From: Amphiscolops sp. MND2022
Lineage: Eukaryota
Length of the DNA stretch: 64,000 nucleotides
Direction of reading: 5' to 3'
Assembly (NCBI GenBank): GCA_964187785.1
Contig: OZ076409.1
Location: 78,742,001 to 78,806,000, forward strand
The translations under genes and the position numbers were made by a program. A model generated the notes under the pieces. That model did not search any database and was not told the origin of the DNA. It saw only the letters and a list, made by a program, of their open reading frames with translations. Positions within the stretch are counted from its first letter, which is position 1, and every line of letters begins with the position of its first letter. Positions 25,639 through 36,419 of the stretch are shown here, piece after piece.

Positions 25639-26071
25639 GGCCGTTTTGAGGCTGGAGAAGCCTGCTGTTAGCTCTACCACCACCACTCCTAGTGTTAGTC
25701 GACGTAGTAGTGTCAACAGTTCCCCGTCGCCAGACCCTACTCTAAGTCGGGTTAATGTTTCCCTCAACCGTTGCTCCAGTGGTGAGCAAGAAGGAGGTTC
25801 AACAGATGTTCGGTGCAAGACATTGAAAAGCAAGAAAAACTAATTGTTGCATCTGTTTGCAAACTGTTTATTTATGTTTGTTTTGAGTTGATGGTAGATT
25901 TGTAAATTTTCCGCCATGTATTTATTTGGGCGAGAAATGAAGTCGTTCTCCAGATTAAAGGAGAGACTTGCATATGTTAAGTTACAAATGATGGGAGGAA
26001 TAGTATTAAGGAAAATTTCCTCTGCAATTGTTTTCTTAGTGATAGTTTGAGTCTGGAAGTAGGTATTGTTT

Positions 26072-29000
26072 TTAATATCTGTATGTGTCCGAGTAATTTG
26101 GGTTGGGGTTAGGACGTAAGTTGTATTTTTCACCACGGGTGTTTATGGGTTCTTCTTGCGATGGGGTATTTTTAGGGATTTCTGGGGTATTTTGGGCATC
26201 AATTTCGGGTGTTATATTTCTGTCTTTTTGTGGGTTTTCTACTTCATCATCTTGGGTTTCTTGTAAATTTTCATTATTCGTTTCTTTTTCAGGTTCAGTG
26301 GTCTGTTCCACTGGGCTCCCCCCACTGTTTTTTGAAGAACTAGGGGAGGGAGGGCGGTTTTCGTCTGGTAATTGAATCGGAGTATATTCAGCATCATCAT
26401 TATTTTGTGAATTTTCTACTGGATCATCGTCAAACGGGCTAGATCCAAAATTCGTGTTCCACGATTGTGCGTATAAGTCATCATTTGTTATTGGCATTTG
26501 ATCATCTTTTTGCCAGTCAGTTTCACGAACAAAAATGTCTGCTAAGGGCGCTTGCGGAGTAAATTTGCGCAAACGAATCCTATGAAGGAGTTGTGTTTTG
26601 TTAGTTCCAAGTCTTCTAACTATGTAGTTATTGTTTGGGAGGATTTTTTCAACTTTATATGGTCCGCACCATCTAAATTCTCGGAACGGGATTTTCGTCG
26701 CTTGTGTGTCTGCTTTTGGGTTCAGGATGTAACAATAGTCCGTCGTTTCCAGCGGTGCTGCCTTTGCTTTGCGATCATAATAGGCTTTGTATTTAAGGTA
26801 AGATTGCATGATGTTCTTCTTAGTTTGGTCTAGAAGTATTCTCATGCGCTTTTGTGTTTCGTCTGCTATGTCGGTTTGCGGTTGATATCTTGGATTGGGA
26901 TTATATCCAAGTTTATAGTCTAGGATATTGTGTGGTATGCGTCCATGAAAAACTCGTGAGGGTTCACACCCGAGTGATGCATGGTATGTAGTATTGTGAT
27001 TTAGGACTGCTAGAGGAAGATATTTATGCCAGTTGTTCCTAAATTCGCCTGTCGCGGCTTTTAGGTGTGTTTTAACTGAGGCATGAGTTCTTTCCAGAAG
27101 ACCTATTGTTTGCGCATGTTTCATTGTAGCATGTTTGAGTTCAATTCCGAGTACTGCAGCAATTTCGTGGGTTATTTGTGCATTGAATTGAGTACCCAGA
27201 TCCGTGATGATAGTTGTTGGAAGATAAGTGTGTTTGCATAATATATCCATAATGACTTTTGATACTGCCGTAGCAGTAATGTGGGTCACAGGATAGGCAA
27301 ACAAGTATCTTGAGAAGACATCTATTGCTGTGATGATATGATCATAGCCTCCACTTGGGGGGAGGTTTGGCAGAATATCCATTTGCAGGATGTCTTCCGG
27401 ACCAAGATCCCATTCAGGGCAGTTTAGGAGTTCAGTTCTGAGGAGGTCATTATTAATGCGTTTTGTTTGAATGCAAACCTGACAATTACTGACCCATTTT
27501 TTGATGTATTTAGCCATACATGGGTAGTAATATTTTTGGCGTGCTTCTTGAATCATCTTAGTGATTCCTGGATGGTTTGAGTTATGGCCATGCAGGGCTT
27601 GAAGTAATTCTTCAAGAAGTTGGATTGGTAAGAGGATTTGATAATGCGAGATCATTCCTGTATCTGTATAGTATTTTCGTGTGAGAACTTCGTGTTTAAT
27701 CTCGATTCGTGTTATGTTTTGTAAGTAGTGTTGATATCTGAAATCGGAAGCTAATTCATTTTCGTCGAACGGTTCGCCTGCTATTTTGGCTCTCAGGTTT
27801 CGAAGGACTATGTCGTTGTTCTGTTCGAGGCGTATCCTCGCATTGTCCTTGAAGTGTCCACAGGAGCAAGAGATCAATCCGGATGTAGGTTTGTGAAATT
27901 GCTGTAATTCAGAGACGTCGTTCTCTGGGTCATTGTGAGTTTCGTTTTGTGCTTGATTGCGAGTATTTTGTTTTTCTTCCCAAAGTTGATTTTCATCAAT
28001 TTCTTCATCAGGAAGGATGTAAATTTGTTCTTCTTCGACAATTCCAGTTGATTGTATATTCACTTCAATTGCTTTTGTGTGAATATCGTTGCGAATTGTC
28101 ATTTCGAGCTTCCCGGTTGGGTTAACTTCAGTTCTAGATAAAAAATCGGCGGCTGTGTTCATCGATCCAGCTACATGGGCGATTACAAAATTGTATTGTA
28201 ATACATAATCGCATGCATTCCAAAGCGCTGGAGGAATCATTTTCGTTTGAAAAAACCGGGTTACAGATCGATTGTCAGTGAACACGATGATTGGGAAGGT
28301 GCTGCCCCACATGAGGTGTCCAAATTCGACGAATGCAAAGTATATTGAAAGAAATTCTTTTGCATAGATCGACATTTTCGTCTGTGTTGGGTTGAAAGTT
28401 TTTGATCCAAACGCAATGGGTGCGTATGTTTTACGTTTGGATTGTAATTTCTGCTTGGGGTCATCTTCTATCATGATGGCATATCCAGCTGCTGTGAAGC
28501 TTGCATCGGACATTACGATAAGTTGTTTGTCTTTTAGAGGTTGTTTTAGCGCTAACTGACAAGAATTTTCCAAGAGTTTGTTGAGGTTGGTGAAGTCTTC
28601 TACTAGATTTGTTGGTACGTAGAATTTAGAGGTTTCTTTGAGGAGTTTAAAAAACGGGGTCAGACGTTCTGAGAGGCGTGGTATATAGTTCCGGTAATAA
28701 TTTAAGAATCCAATATACCTTTGTAGTGCCTTCTTTGATTTTGGGAATCTGAGTTTTGCAAGGAAATCTTTTACTTTGTCGGCCTGAGGGGCAACTCCAT
28801 CTGGTGTGATGGTGCGACCCAGGAAATCGACTTGTTTAACTCCAAAATGACATTTGGACATGGAAAGTTTTAATCCAGCTTGTCTGATGCATTCAAAGAC
28901 AGTTTTGATGTTGATGTACAATTGTTTTGTGTCGTTTGCTGCAATGCCAATGTCATCGACATATTGGGCACATTGGTCAGCTTTGATTGCTCTGTCCAGG

Positions 29001-30952
29001 TATTCCCTCATGAAGCTTGAGAATGCAGAAAGGGATCGGCTGAGGCCCTGAGCAAGGCGACGATAAGCAAATGTTCTGCTTGCGAAATTGAAGGCAAGCA
29101 TCTGGATAGATTGATAATCTGCCATTTGAAGGCAGTGGTAAGCCTGAGAGCAGTCTAATTTGCAGAAAAGTTTTTTCCCTGCCATGTGTTGGGCTGCATC
29201 AGATAAAGTGCTTACCGGGTGGTTATTGTTGGCATAATCTTCAGTGATGAGATTATTAATTTTCCGGAGGTCTACAAGGAGCCTAAGGCGCCCATTAGGT
29301 TTGCGTTGTGCAAAAATTGGGCTTGCATATTTGGAAAATGGTAAGGTTGTGATTATACTATATTTATGTAGGAGTGCAAGTTCCACTGTGATGTCATCTT
29401 TGAGGTTAATGGGAGTCGGTAAACTTTGACTATAAGCTGGTCTGTCGTCATTCGGCGTTAATTTCACTTTGAACTCTCGGTTGATCCCTATATCAAAGCG
29501 ATGTCTGGCGAAAATGTCATGGAATTCGACCAGAATCTCTTCAATCTCTTGTCGTTCTTCTGAACTAAGTGTTGTATCTGTCCAGTCGAAATTTGAGAGG
29601 AATGTTTTCCTGGATGTTTCATTATCATGCGGGTTCAGTTTTTCGAGTTCTTTTAACTCAAGGAGTTCGTTGTATATACGTTGTTGTATTGGAGTGTATG
29701 TTGCGGGATCGCCTGGGTCTTCCGGGGTAGGAAACCAGTACGATTCTTGTTCAGAATTTGGTTGTGGTACTTTGAGGAGTTCGTTGATGTACACTTCCGT
29801 AGTTTCCTCTTGTTGTATCATGAAAGATAGTACTGCTGGGTCTACGGGTTGGATGTGTTTGATTTGTTCGGGGGTGAGAATTTTAAAGTCCGCTAGATGG
29901 GTGTCAAATGTTATTGTATATGGCAATTCCGAAAAATTGATGATTTGGTACCCGATAGCATTGTTATTGACTGTGCTGAGTGATGATGTGATAAATATGC
30001 TATCGTGGTTTTCAAATTGTTGTGATGGTGTGACAATTCCTGTCGCATCATGATCCATCAGATGAGGCATTTTGCTTGCTATGGCAAGTGTTTCCCCTGG
30101 TTGTAGGGTATAGGTATTTTCGGCAAACAATGGTGTTGCTTGTCGTATTGCTGTTTGTGTATCAGGTTTGAGCTGCATCGAGAGGTAGGGAAAAGTTAGG
30201 ATGCCTTGATTGACATCAAAAATTGCATTGTTCCTTCGAAGGAAACATAATCCGATTAAGGGGTTTGGTAGGTTTTTCATAATGATGAAGTTTTCTTTTA
30301 ACATGAAGTCTGCGACTTCGAATTCTAGTAATACTGTACCAATGGGGACTTCTAGTTGTCCATTTGCCACCATAATTTGGAAGTTTGGTGGAGGACCGGT
30401 TTCTTTAATTGCTTCGTTTGCCAGCAGCTTGATTTTGTTGAGGTCTTGTTCGGAGATTGCACTGGTGAGAGCTCCAGTATCAATAAGACCATCAAGTGTG
30501 AGTTTTTCGAAGTCCATCGGTATGTAGTACATGTGTCGTTTTCGCTTCAGTGTCAAAGATGTTGAGATTGGAAGGTATGACAAATTTCGTTCTTTGTCGA
30601 ATTGTAGGTGTTCAGAGAGATCCTCATTTAGTAGGGGTTGTTTTTGATCATCGCAAGAAGTGTTTATGGTGACATAATTTTTAACGGGGGAATTGTGGTG
30701 AATATCGGGTTTTGGGTCAATTTCGGGGTGGGTTTGTTGTTTGATGAAGTAGTTGTCCGGTGAATCACGTAGGAGTTCGTATAAGTCTTCAGTGTGGTAT
30801 TCGGTCAATGATTGTTGAGAAGTTTCTGTTATCAGGTCTTTTTGGACGAGTGTTGCTTTTATGGGTTTTGGGCTCAACTGATGCTGCCAGTCATCAGATG
30901 AGTTTGGTTTTTGTGGAGATTTTTTGTAAAGGCGTGGCGTTTCTAGTTTAAA
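26072..30952 (-). CDS. pol: Pol polyprotein of element D (PR, RT, RNase H, IN), expressed by -1 frameshift
   Basis: Uninterrupted frame: LIDTGA, LLVDLRKIN, YVDD, MSDAS, HHCC (HGHNSNHPG..CQVC), QMD/ITD/LER DDE triad, CGPYKV. Confidence 0.97.
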   Translation of the reverse strand, partial: FKLETPRLYKKSPQKPNSSDDWQHQLSPKPIKATLVQKDLITETSQQSLTEYHTEDLYELLRDSPDNYFIKQQTHPEIDPKPDIHHNSPVKNYVTINTSCDDQKQPLLNEDLSEHLQFDKERNLSYLPISTSLTLKRKRHMYYIPMDFEKLTLDGLIDTGALTSAISEQDLNKIKLLANEAIKETGPPPNFQIMVANGQLEVPIGTVLLEFEVADFMLKENFIIMKNLPNPLIGLCFLRRNNAIFDVNQGILTFPYLSMQLKPDTQTAIRQATPLFAENTYTLQPGETLAIASKMPHLMDHDATGIVTPSQQFENHDSIFITSSLSTVNNNAIGYQIINFSELPYTITFDTHLADFKILTPEQIKHIQPVDPAVLSFMIQQEETTEVYINELLKVPQPNSEQESYWFPTPEDPGDPATYTPIQQRIYNELLELKELEKLNPHDNETSRKTFLSNFDWTDTTLSSEERQEIEEILVEFHDIFARHRFDIGINREFKVKLTPNDDRPAYSQSLPTPINLKDDITVELALLHKYSIITTLPFSKYASPIFAQRKPNGRLRLLVDLRKINNLITEDYANNNHPVSTLSDAAQHMAGKKLFCKLDCSQAYHCLQMADYQSIQMLAFNFASRTFAYRRLAQGLSRSLSAFSSFMREYLDRAIKADQCAQYVDDIGIAANDTKQLYINIKTVFECIRQAGLKLSMSKCHFGVKQVDFLGRTITPDGVAPQADKVKDFLAKLRFPKSKKALQRYIGFLNYYRNYIPRLSERLTPFFKLLKETSKFYVPTNLVEDFTNLNKLLENSCQLALKQPLKDKQLIVMSDASFTAAGYAIMIEDDPKQKLQSKRKTYAPIAFGSKTFNPTQTKMSIYAKEFLSIYFAFVEFGHLMWGSTFPIIVFTDNRSVTRFFQTKMIPPALWNACDYVLQYNFVIAHVAGSMNTAADFLSRTEVNPTGKLEMTIRNDIHTKAIEVNIQSTGIVEEEQIYILPDEEIDENQLWEEKQNTRNQAQNETHNDPENDVSELQQFHKPTSGLISCSCGHFKDNARIRLEQNNDIVLRNLRAKIAGEPFDENELASDFRYQHYLQNITRIEIKHEVLTRKYYTDTGMISHYQILLPIQLLEELLQALHGHNSNHPGITKMIQEARQKYYYPCMAKYIKKWVSNCQVCIQTKRINNDLLRTELLNCPEWDLGPEDILQMDILPNLPPSGGYDHIITAIDVFSRYLFAYPVTHITATAVSKVIMDILCKHTYLPTTIITDLGTQFNAQITHEIAAVLGIELKHATMKHAQTIGLLERTHASVKTHLKAATGEFRNNWHKYLPLAVLNHNTTYHASLGCEPSRVFHGRIPHNILDYKLGYNPNPRYQPQTDIADETQKRMRILLDQTKKNIMQSYLKYKAYYDRKAKAAPLETTDYCYILNPKADTQATKIPFREFRWCGPYKVEKILPNNNYIVRRLGTNKTQLLHRIRLRKFTPQAPLADIFVRETDWQKDDQMPITNDDLYAQSWNTNFGSSPFDDDPVENSQNNDDAEYTPIQLPDENRPPSPSSSKNSGGSPVEQTTEPEKETNNENLQETQDDEVENPQKDRNITPEIDAQNTPEIPKNTPSQEEPINTRGEKYNLRPNPNPNYSDTYRY

Positions 30953-32625
30953 TCCTTCGATGAGGATTGTTGAGATCGTTCTGATTTTGGCCTGATTGGT
31001 TTTTTGGCTTGTTTGTATTCTTCTATAATTTTCTTTTGTGCTTCGGTCAGGTTCCATTTCGATGGGCGATTCTCCATATTGGCACCAAAGTAACAGTTTT
31101 CTTCATCATGGCCGGGTGTGTTGCAAGTCTGACACTTTTCAGCATCCGGATCAGCCTCAAGTTTGCGTCGTTTAGCTAATTTAGGACAATCAGTCATCAT
31201 GTGTCCTGTTTCTTTGCAGTAACGGCATTGATCATTCTTGAGGGTCTTATCCGGTACTGTTTTGGGAGTTTGTTTTTTGGCTTTGTCGTTTTGTTTTTTG
31301 TCAGTTTTTTCGGTAGTTTGTGCTTTTTTAGTAACCGTCATTTGGGTTTTGACGAGAGGTTCGTCAGCCTCTAGACCGTTGAGTTCCATTTCTCGTTCAA
31401 GGTGTTTAACGATTTGGTCGTAAGTACCATTTTCAAGATATGCTTGATTGATGGACTTCTTAAGATGGGGAGGCATTTTCGCGTAGAGTAAGTTCTCTAT
31501 CATGTGGTGGGCGTTCTCCCCGAACGCTTTTTCAGCACTTTCTTGGAGTTCTTCTAAGAAATCCGGGAGTTTTTGATTTTCTGGATCGAAGAAGAGTCTA
31601 TTGAATCTGTGTTTAGCAGATGCGCTGGACTCCGGTTTTACATATTTTCGTCGGAAGACTTTGAGAATGTCTTCTAAAGTTGTTGTCGGTGTCCTTTGTA
31701 TGTTTTTAAATGTTTTTAGTGCCAAACCTCGGAGATGGGCGTGAAAATGATTAATTTTCATGTCTTCTGTTAGGTTTGGTTGCATGCGAAGTGTTGTATG
31801 GAACAAGTCTTCGAAGTATTCAAATTTTTCATTTTTCTCATTTTTTCCATTGAATGTGAGAGTATTTTTAGGATGAAATAGTGATTGGGATGGGTTTTTG
31901 TTCGCCAATTTCTCGATGGCAATTGCAATTTGATTCACTGGGTCAAAAGGTTGTGTTGTCAAATTTGGCAAGCTATGGTCTGCGTGGGATCCAATTGTGT
32001 CGTTTAATTTTTGTGAGCTTTGTCTATGGAGTTTTCGGTTGGCTCCTGTCACCATGTGATAATCCTCTATCGGCTCCGCATCAGATTCTTCATCCGAGTG
32101 AATCGTAACATCTACGTCTGACTCATATATAGGTTTTGCGGGTTGTTTTAAGTCTTTTGCTTTCGAAGCCTTAAGAGGAAAATCCTCGTCTTCAGTTTCT
32201 GAGTTCTCATTGTTGGATGCATGAACTCCTATAGACCTTATTGTTCTGGATCCCGATGGTTGAGGGTCTTGCATTTCATTAGTTTCTGACCTTGGGTTTG
32301 TTGCTATTGATGCGCTTTTATTTGATTTTATTTCTCTGAGAATGGTTTCAAGTTTATTGTCCATTTCTTCTCTCATTTTCTCTATTCTATCGTTGTTCTT
32401 TTGTTCAAGTATTTGGGTCCAAGCCTGAATCTCGGTGCTGATTTGACTGGGTTCGATCAATTGTACTTCTATATTGTTTTCACCTAAATTTTCTTGAACA
32501 ACAGTATTAGGATTAGTTAAAGTTATATTACCTGTATTTGGTGTTTCCACTTGGGTCCTTTCTACACTTCTCTCTGGAGAAGGAGTTTCTAGTCTCCTGG
32601 ACCTTCTATTTCGTCTATTTCCCAT
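30943..32625 (-). CDS. gag: Gag of element D (560 aa), initiating inside the 5' LTR
   Basis: Capsid-like region and two CCHC knuckles (CRYCKETGHMMTDC, CQTCNTPGHDEENC); reads through the LTR end and the PBS. Confidence 0.95.
   Translation of the reverse strand: MGNRRNRRSRRLETPSPERSVERTQVETPNTGNITLTNPNTVVQENLGENNIEVQLIEPSQISTEIQAWTQILEQKNNDRIEKMREEMDNKLETILREIKSNKSASIATNPRSETNEMQDPQPSGSRTIRSIGVHASNNENSETEDEDFPLKASKAKDLKQPAKPIYESDVDVTIHSDEESDAEPIEDYHMVTGANRKLHRQSSQKLNDTIGSHADHSLPNLTTQPFDPVNQIAIAIEKLANKNPSQSLFHPKNTLTFNGKNEKNEKFEYFEDLFHTTLRMQPNLTEDMKINHFHAHLRGLALKTFKNIQRTPTTTLEDILKVFRRKYVKPESSASAKHRFNRLFFDPENQKLPDFLEELQESAEKAFGENAHHMIENLLYAKMPPHLKKSINQAYLENGTYDQIVKHLEREMELNGLEADEPLVKTQMTVTKKAQTTEKTDKKQNDKAKKQTPKTVPDKTLKNDQCRYCKETGHMMTDCPKLAKRRKLEADPDAEKCQTCNTPGHDEENCYFGANMENRPSKWNLTEAQKKIIEEYKQAKKPIRPKSERSQQSSSKDLN
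30946..30952 (-). promoter_or_regulatory. -1 frameshift slippery heptamer U UUA AAC
   Basis: GAT TTA AAC TAG at the gag end; the pol frame is -1. Confidence 0.85.
32041..32054 (-). promoter_or_regulatory. Primer binding site of element D (tRNA-Leu-like)
   Basis: TGGTGACAGGAG abuts the LTR; it is one mismatch from the TGGTGTCAGGAG tRNA-Leu complement. Confidence 0.65.
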
Positions 32626-33575
32626 CTCGTCTCAAGTGAAAATGTTTTCTGGCTTTTGGGGAAGAATTTGAATTGACTTTAGTATCTCAAAAGAACAAGA
32701 TCGGAGAATTTACAGTGATGAAATTGAAGAGGTTTACAATCATTTGAGAAGCAACTGCTCTTGATGAAAGGCAAATCTTGAATGAATTCTTCCAATTATA
32801 TTACAAAACGAAATATATTTAAAAATCATGACACTCCTTTTTATTAGAATCATCATGAAAACCAGCACAAAAATAGAATTGCGTCAAATGACATCATATT
32901 ATAAAAATAGCACATTTACATGACATCATGGGAAGTGGTTATAGACAAGAAACTGCAAAACCCTGGAAAGATATCTCAAAATAACTTCTAAATATGGCTG
33001 AAAACACTTTCTAAATGCTATTAGAACGTGTCCTGGGATCATTTAATAAGTCCTGCGAGAACCGCATAATGACGTATAATCATTCCTATTCGATCCGCAG
33101 GATACCGCATAATGTTACTACAAAAGACGTCTAATGCCGCATATACATCACGCCTTGAAACGTATAATACCGCATAATGGTATTACCAAAAACATATGGT
33201 GACGAGTATACGTCACACTTCGATCCGCATAGTACCGTATAATAGTACTATACTAAAGCACAAATTATTACGGAGTTGATTTGGATGCGTCGAAAACTTA
33301 TAGTTCATATGTTTAAGCGGTGAAATATCAGATTTGTGATGAAAATAGGGGCTCTTAATTAGGAATCCAAGGTACATAAGCACTATAATGGGTGTTTCTT
33401 CATGGTAAGCAAAGTATAGAAATGATATTTACATGACCTTTTAAAAATAACGGCTTACAAAAAACATGTTCACAATGAGTTTATTAGAGTTTGTGTGAGT
33501 CTATAGAAAAGATTCCAATACTTGTTCCTTTCTAGAGTTGCACTCCGGAACCATCGCATCTTGGGGGATGCGACA
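32055..33575 (-). repeat. 5' LTR of element D
   Basis: Direct repeat of 17313-18833; on the - strand TGTCGCA...TCACA. Confidence 0.96.
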
Positions 33576-35016
33576 TGGTCGATCACAGATCTGCTTTCGG
33601 GATATAATTGCTCAAATACTAAGGCAGTTTTTGATGATTAACTTTCCGTTCTTTGCATGCTTTCCAATTCAGACATGTGAAATGAAATTTGTGCTGGAAT
33701 TGGAAACTTTGTTCATTTTTGTTATAAGTTGACATACAGATTTGTTTGGTCAATTCGAGCGAATCGAAGTGAAAATTCATTAAAATTATTATAACATCAG
33801 CTATTATAACATCAGCATTACACTGTGTTCAAATTAAATGAATTTGCATGGAATCAAAAGCAGATAACGTTTTGTTTGCAGTTTATAATGTATAAAATAT
33901 AGCTGACAAGATACGGCCTGGAGAAAAAAACACTTGTTGGGCGTAGTCATGTCTTTAAACAAGTACGTTTACTTTGAAACGGACAGGAAGTTGACAGGTT
34001 GAATTTTATTTAATGTTTTGACTCATTTATAATTTTTTTTGCAATATTTCTCTGATGGTCAATCCTGATTAATGATGTTTTTGCCATTTCAGACGTAATG
34101 CTTGTGTTGACTAGTCTGCAATTATGAAACACTGAAATGTGAAACTCATCTTCTGAAATTTGGCTGTTTTTCTCTATATTGGCTGTCTTTATGTTCGTAT
34201 CCTCGAACATTTTCTAATTTCTTCAAAAACTCAAGAGTTTGAACAATTTTTGTGCAACTTGCAATTCGACGTTGAACAATCTGAATCTTTTTGTAATGAC
34301 TTTCACTCGTTTTTTTTTCAAATTTCATTTGATGTTGAATTCATCAATAGTTATTAATCACTATAAATCAAATATGGGTAATCACAACATAATTAACTTT
34401 TCACCAAAGTAAATGTCACGAGACAAAAAAGCACCAGACAAAAAGCCCATGAGATCAATAACAGAATTCATGAATAATGAATATAAAATTGACAAAACTA
34501 TTTAGCAACTTTTTTCAATTCAATTACCAATTCGGAGTTTTTCGGAACAACTAAAATCTCAACACAAGCCCAATTGTGTGGGTTTCTGGGTACTTTGAAA
34601 ATGCGGTGGTCTTGGAACAAATGTTATGCATATGAAAAGTGACTACTAGAGAAGCAGCATTTGACAAATAATAATTTTTTAATTTGAAAATTTAAAGTAA
34701 ATTTAAAAACTTGTAAAACATCTAAGTGAGGACTTTTGATGCCCTCTGGCACTATTCAGGTCTCAGGTGTGGAGAAAATTTTTGTGGGACGTTTCTAGTA
34801 AGCGAAATGTCTTTGTTAACAAAACTAACGGAATTGCTACTTGGGCTCTTAGGGTAGGTTCTGAAGTTCTGGATTCAATATCTGGCCCGTCCAGTAACAT
34901 CAGTAAATCTAGAAATTCTCATTTGAACTTCAATAAACGAATTGTAAGTCGGCTCGAAAGTATCTGGTGAAGATGATGACGACTACCAAACACTTTTATA
35001 GCAAATCAAGTTCCAT

Positions 35017-35580
35017 AACGAGACGAGATCGTCTCAAGTCTGTGCCCCGCTTAAGACGCAAAGTTTCATAAATATGCTAAAGTTGGCTGGCGTTCAGCAA
35101 AATCTCGTAATTTCAGAGATCCAAAAAAAATGAAGAGGCGCCCTGTGCCCTCGCGAAAAGCTTTGAAAACATCAAATAAAAACAAATTGGTTTTAAAAAA
35201 CTTTCCAAAAAAGTTCACACTTTGCTATAAAACTCAAAGCGAAGAGCTTTTAGGCCTAAAAAGACTTTTCTCACCTCAAAATGCAAGAAACAACTAAGTG
35301 GTGCCCATGAAAAGTTTAACGTTTTTCCAAAAAAGTTGCACAATGACAAAAAAACACAAATGGGGTTTCTTCGCACTTCTTTTTGTTTCGCTTGTGATAT
35401 AAAAGTGAGGACAACAAAAAAAAACAAAAACAGAGGACCATTTATCACCTGCCAAAACACTTTTGTTCTTGTGGTAAAACATTGTAACAATTGGACCTTT
35501 CAGAGTGAAAATTGTCATCTCACAAAAAACTTCCCATAAGAAAGTCTGGCACTTTTTCTTTCAGAAAGCGCCGAGAAAAA
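35017..35580 (-). mobile_element. HINE/DINE-1-like non-autonomous repeat, diverged copy
   Basis: Ends resemble those of 36796-37313 (AACGAGACGAGATCGTCTC hairpin; ...GAAAGCGCCGAG). Confidence 0.45.
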
Positions 35581-36029
35581 TTAGCAACATGTTTAGCGAA
35601 GATTAATTATGTTCAGAAAGCAGTAACTAGGCTGATGACGCCCAAACAACGTTGGAGAGGAAACTGCAACGTTTTGACAATAGAATAGGCGCCGCCCTAG
35701 AAAAACAAAAAAATCTAATTTGAAAAATTAGAATTAAGATTTCCTGCGATATGACAGTGGTGAATGCCCCAAATTGTGACAAAGGATATTTTGTCTTGCG
35801 GATTTTTCAAACTAAAAAAAAACAATTTATTGGTTCTTAAGAAATACGGAGTTAAGAGTTTTTATTCTCAAAACCAAGCATGGGGTAGTGGTTTGAGCAT
35901 TCGGCCTGTACTGGGGCGGTATCGGGTTCGAATCTCTCTCAACTCACCATTGTTGGTCCTTAAGCAAGTCCTTCATCCCTAGTCCTTTTAAGGTGCTGAT
36001 AATCGAAATAAAGAAGTACAAAAAAGGTT

Positions 36030-36293
36030 ATTTGCATTGAAAGCGCGGTAAAATTGATGACGGTCTCAGCTGCTTTCAAAATTAGAACGGCGTCTTAATG
36101 AAACCTGCAAAATATTTGCGGCGCAAAATTGCCGCCAAATTTAGGTTGCATTTTCTAGGCTGCTTGATAAAATTAAATCGAATCAGTGAAGTTTAAATGC
36201 ATGGACGTTTCTTTGGGAATTTTATAAAATCATGGAAAATTAGCTTGGTAACCTACAAAAACATGTAAAAAGTTCAAGCAGTTTCAACCAGGG
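36030..36293. mobile_element. Partial copy of the 549-bp CCC...GGG MITE
   Basis: Similar to about 39510-39773, including the terminal AAAAGTTCAAGCAGTTTCAACcAGGG. Confidence 0.7.
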
Positions 36294-36419
36294 TGTTCGA
36301 CTGATTTGAACTAAATAATTTTTCGACGAGTTAATTTTCTACCAGTTTTCTGATTATCAATTTCGACGAGTTGCATTCCGCGAATTGTTTTCGAGGAGCT
36401 TTTCGCATACCGTCTTAGG

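Larger units (their letters stand above)
17313..33575 (-). mobile_element. Young 16.3-kb Ty3/gypsy LTR retrotransposon D with two accessory genes
   Basis: Two 1521-bp LTRs with no mismatch in the stretches I compared, TG...CA ends, 5-bp TSD TGGTC (17308-17312 and 33576-33580), PBS, intact gag and pol. Confidence 0.97.

Noticed and set aside
21000..26000. Nested autonomous hAT transposon
   Set aside because: No TIRs or 8-bp TSD found, the catalytic Asp appears replaced, and the segment shares the repeat motif of the host LTR.
35875..35945. tRNA gene (GGTTCGAATC B-box)
   Set aside because: No convincing acceptor or anticodon stems; at most a SINE-like remnant.
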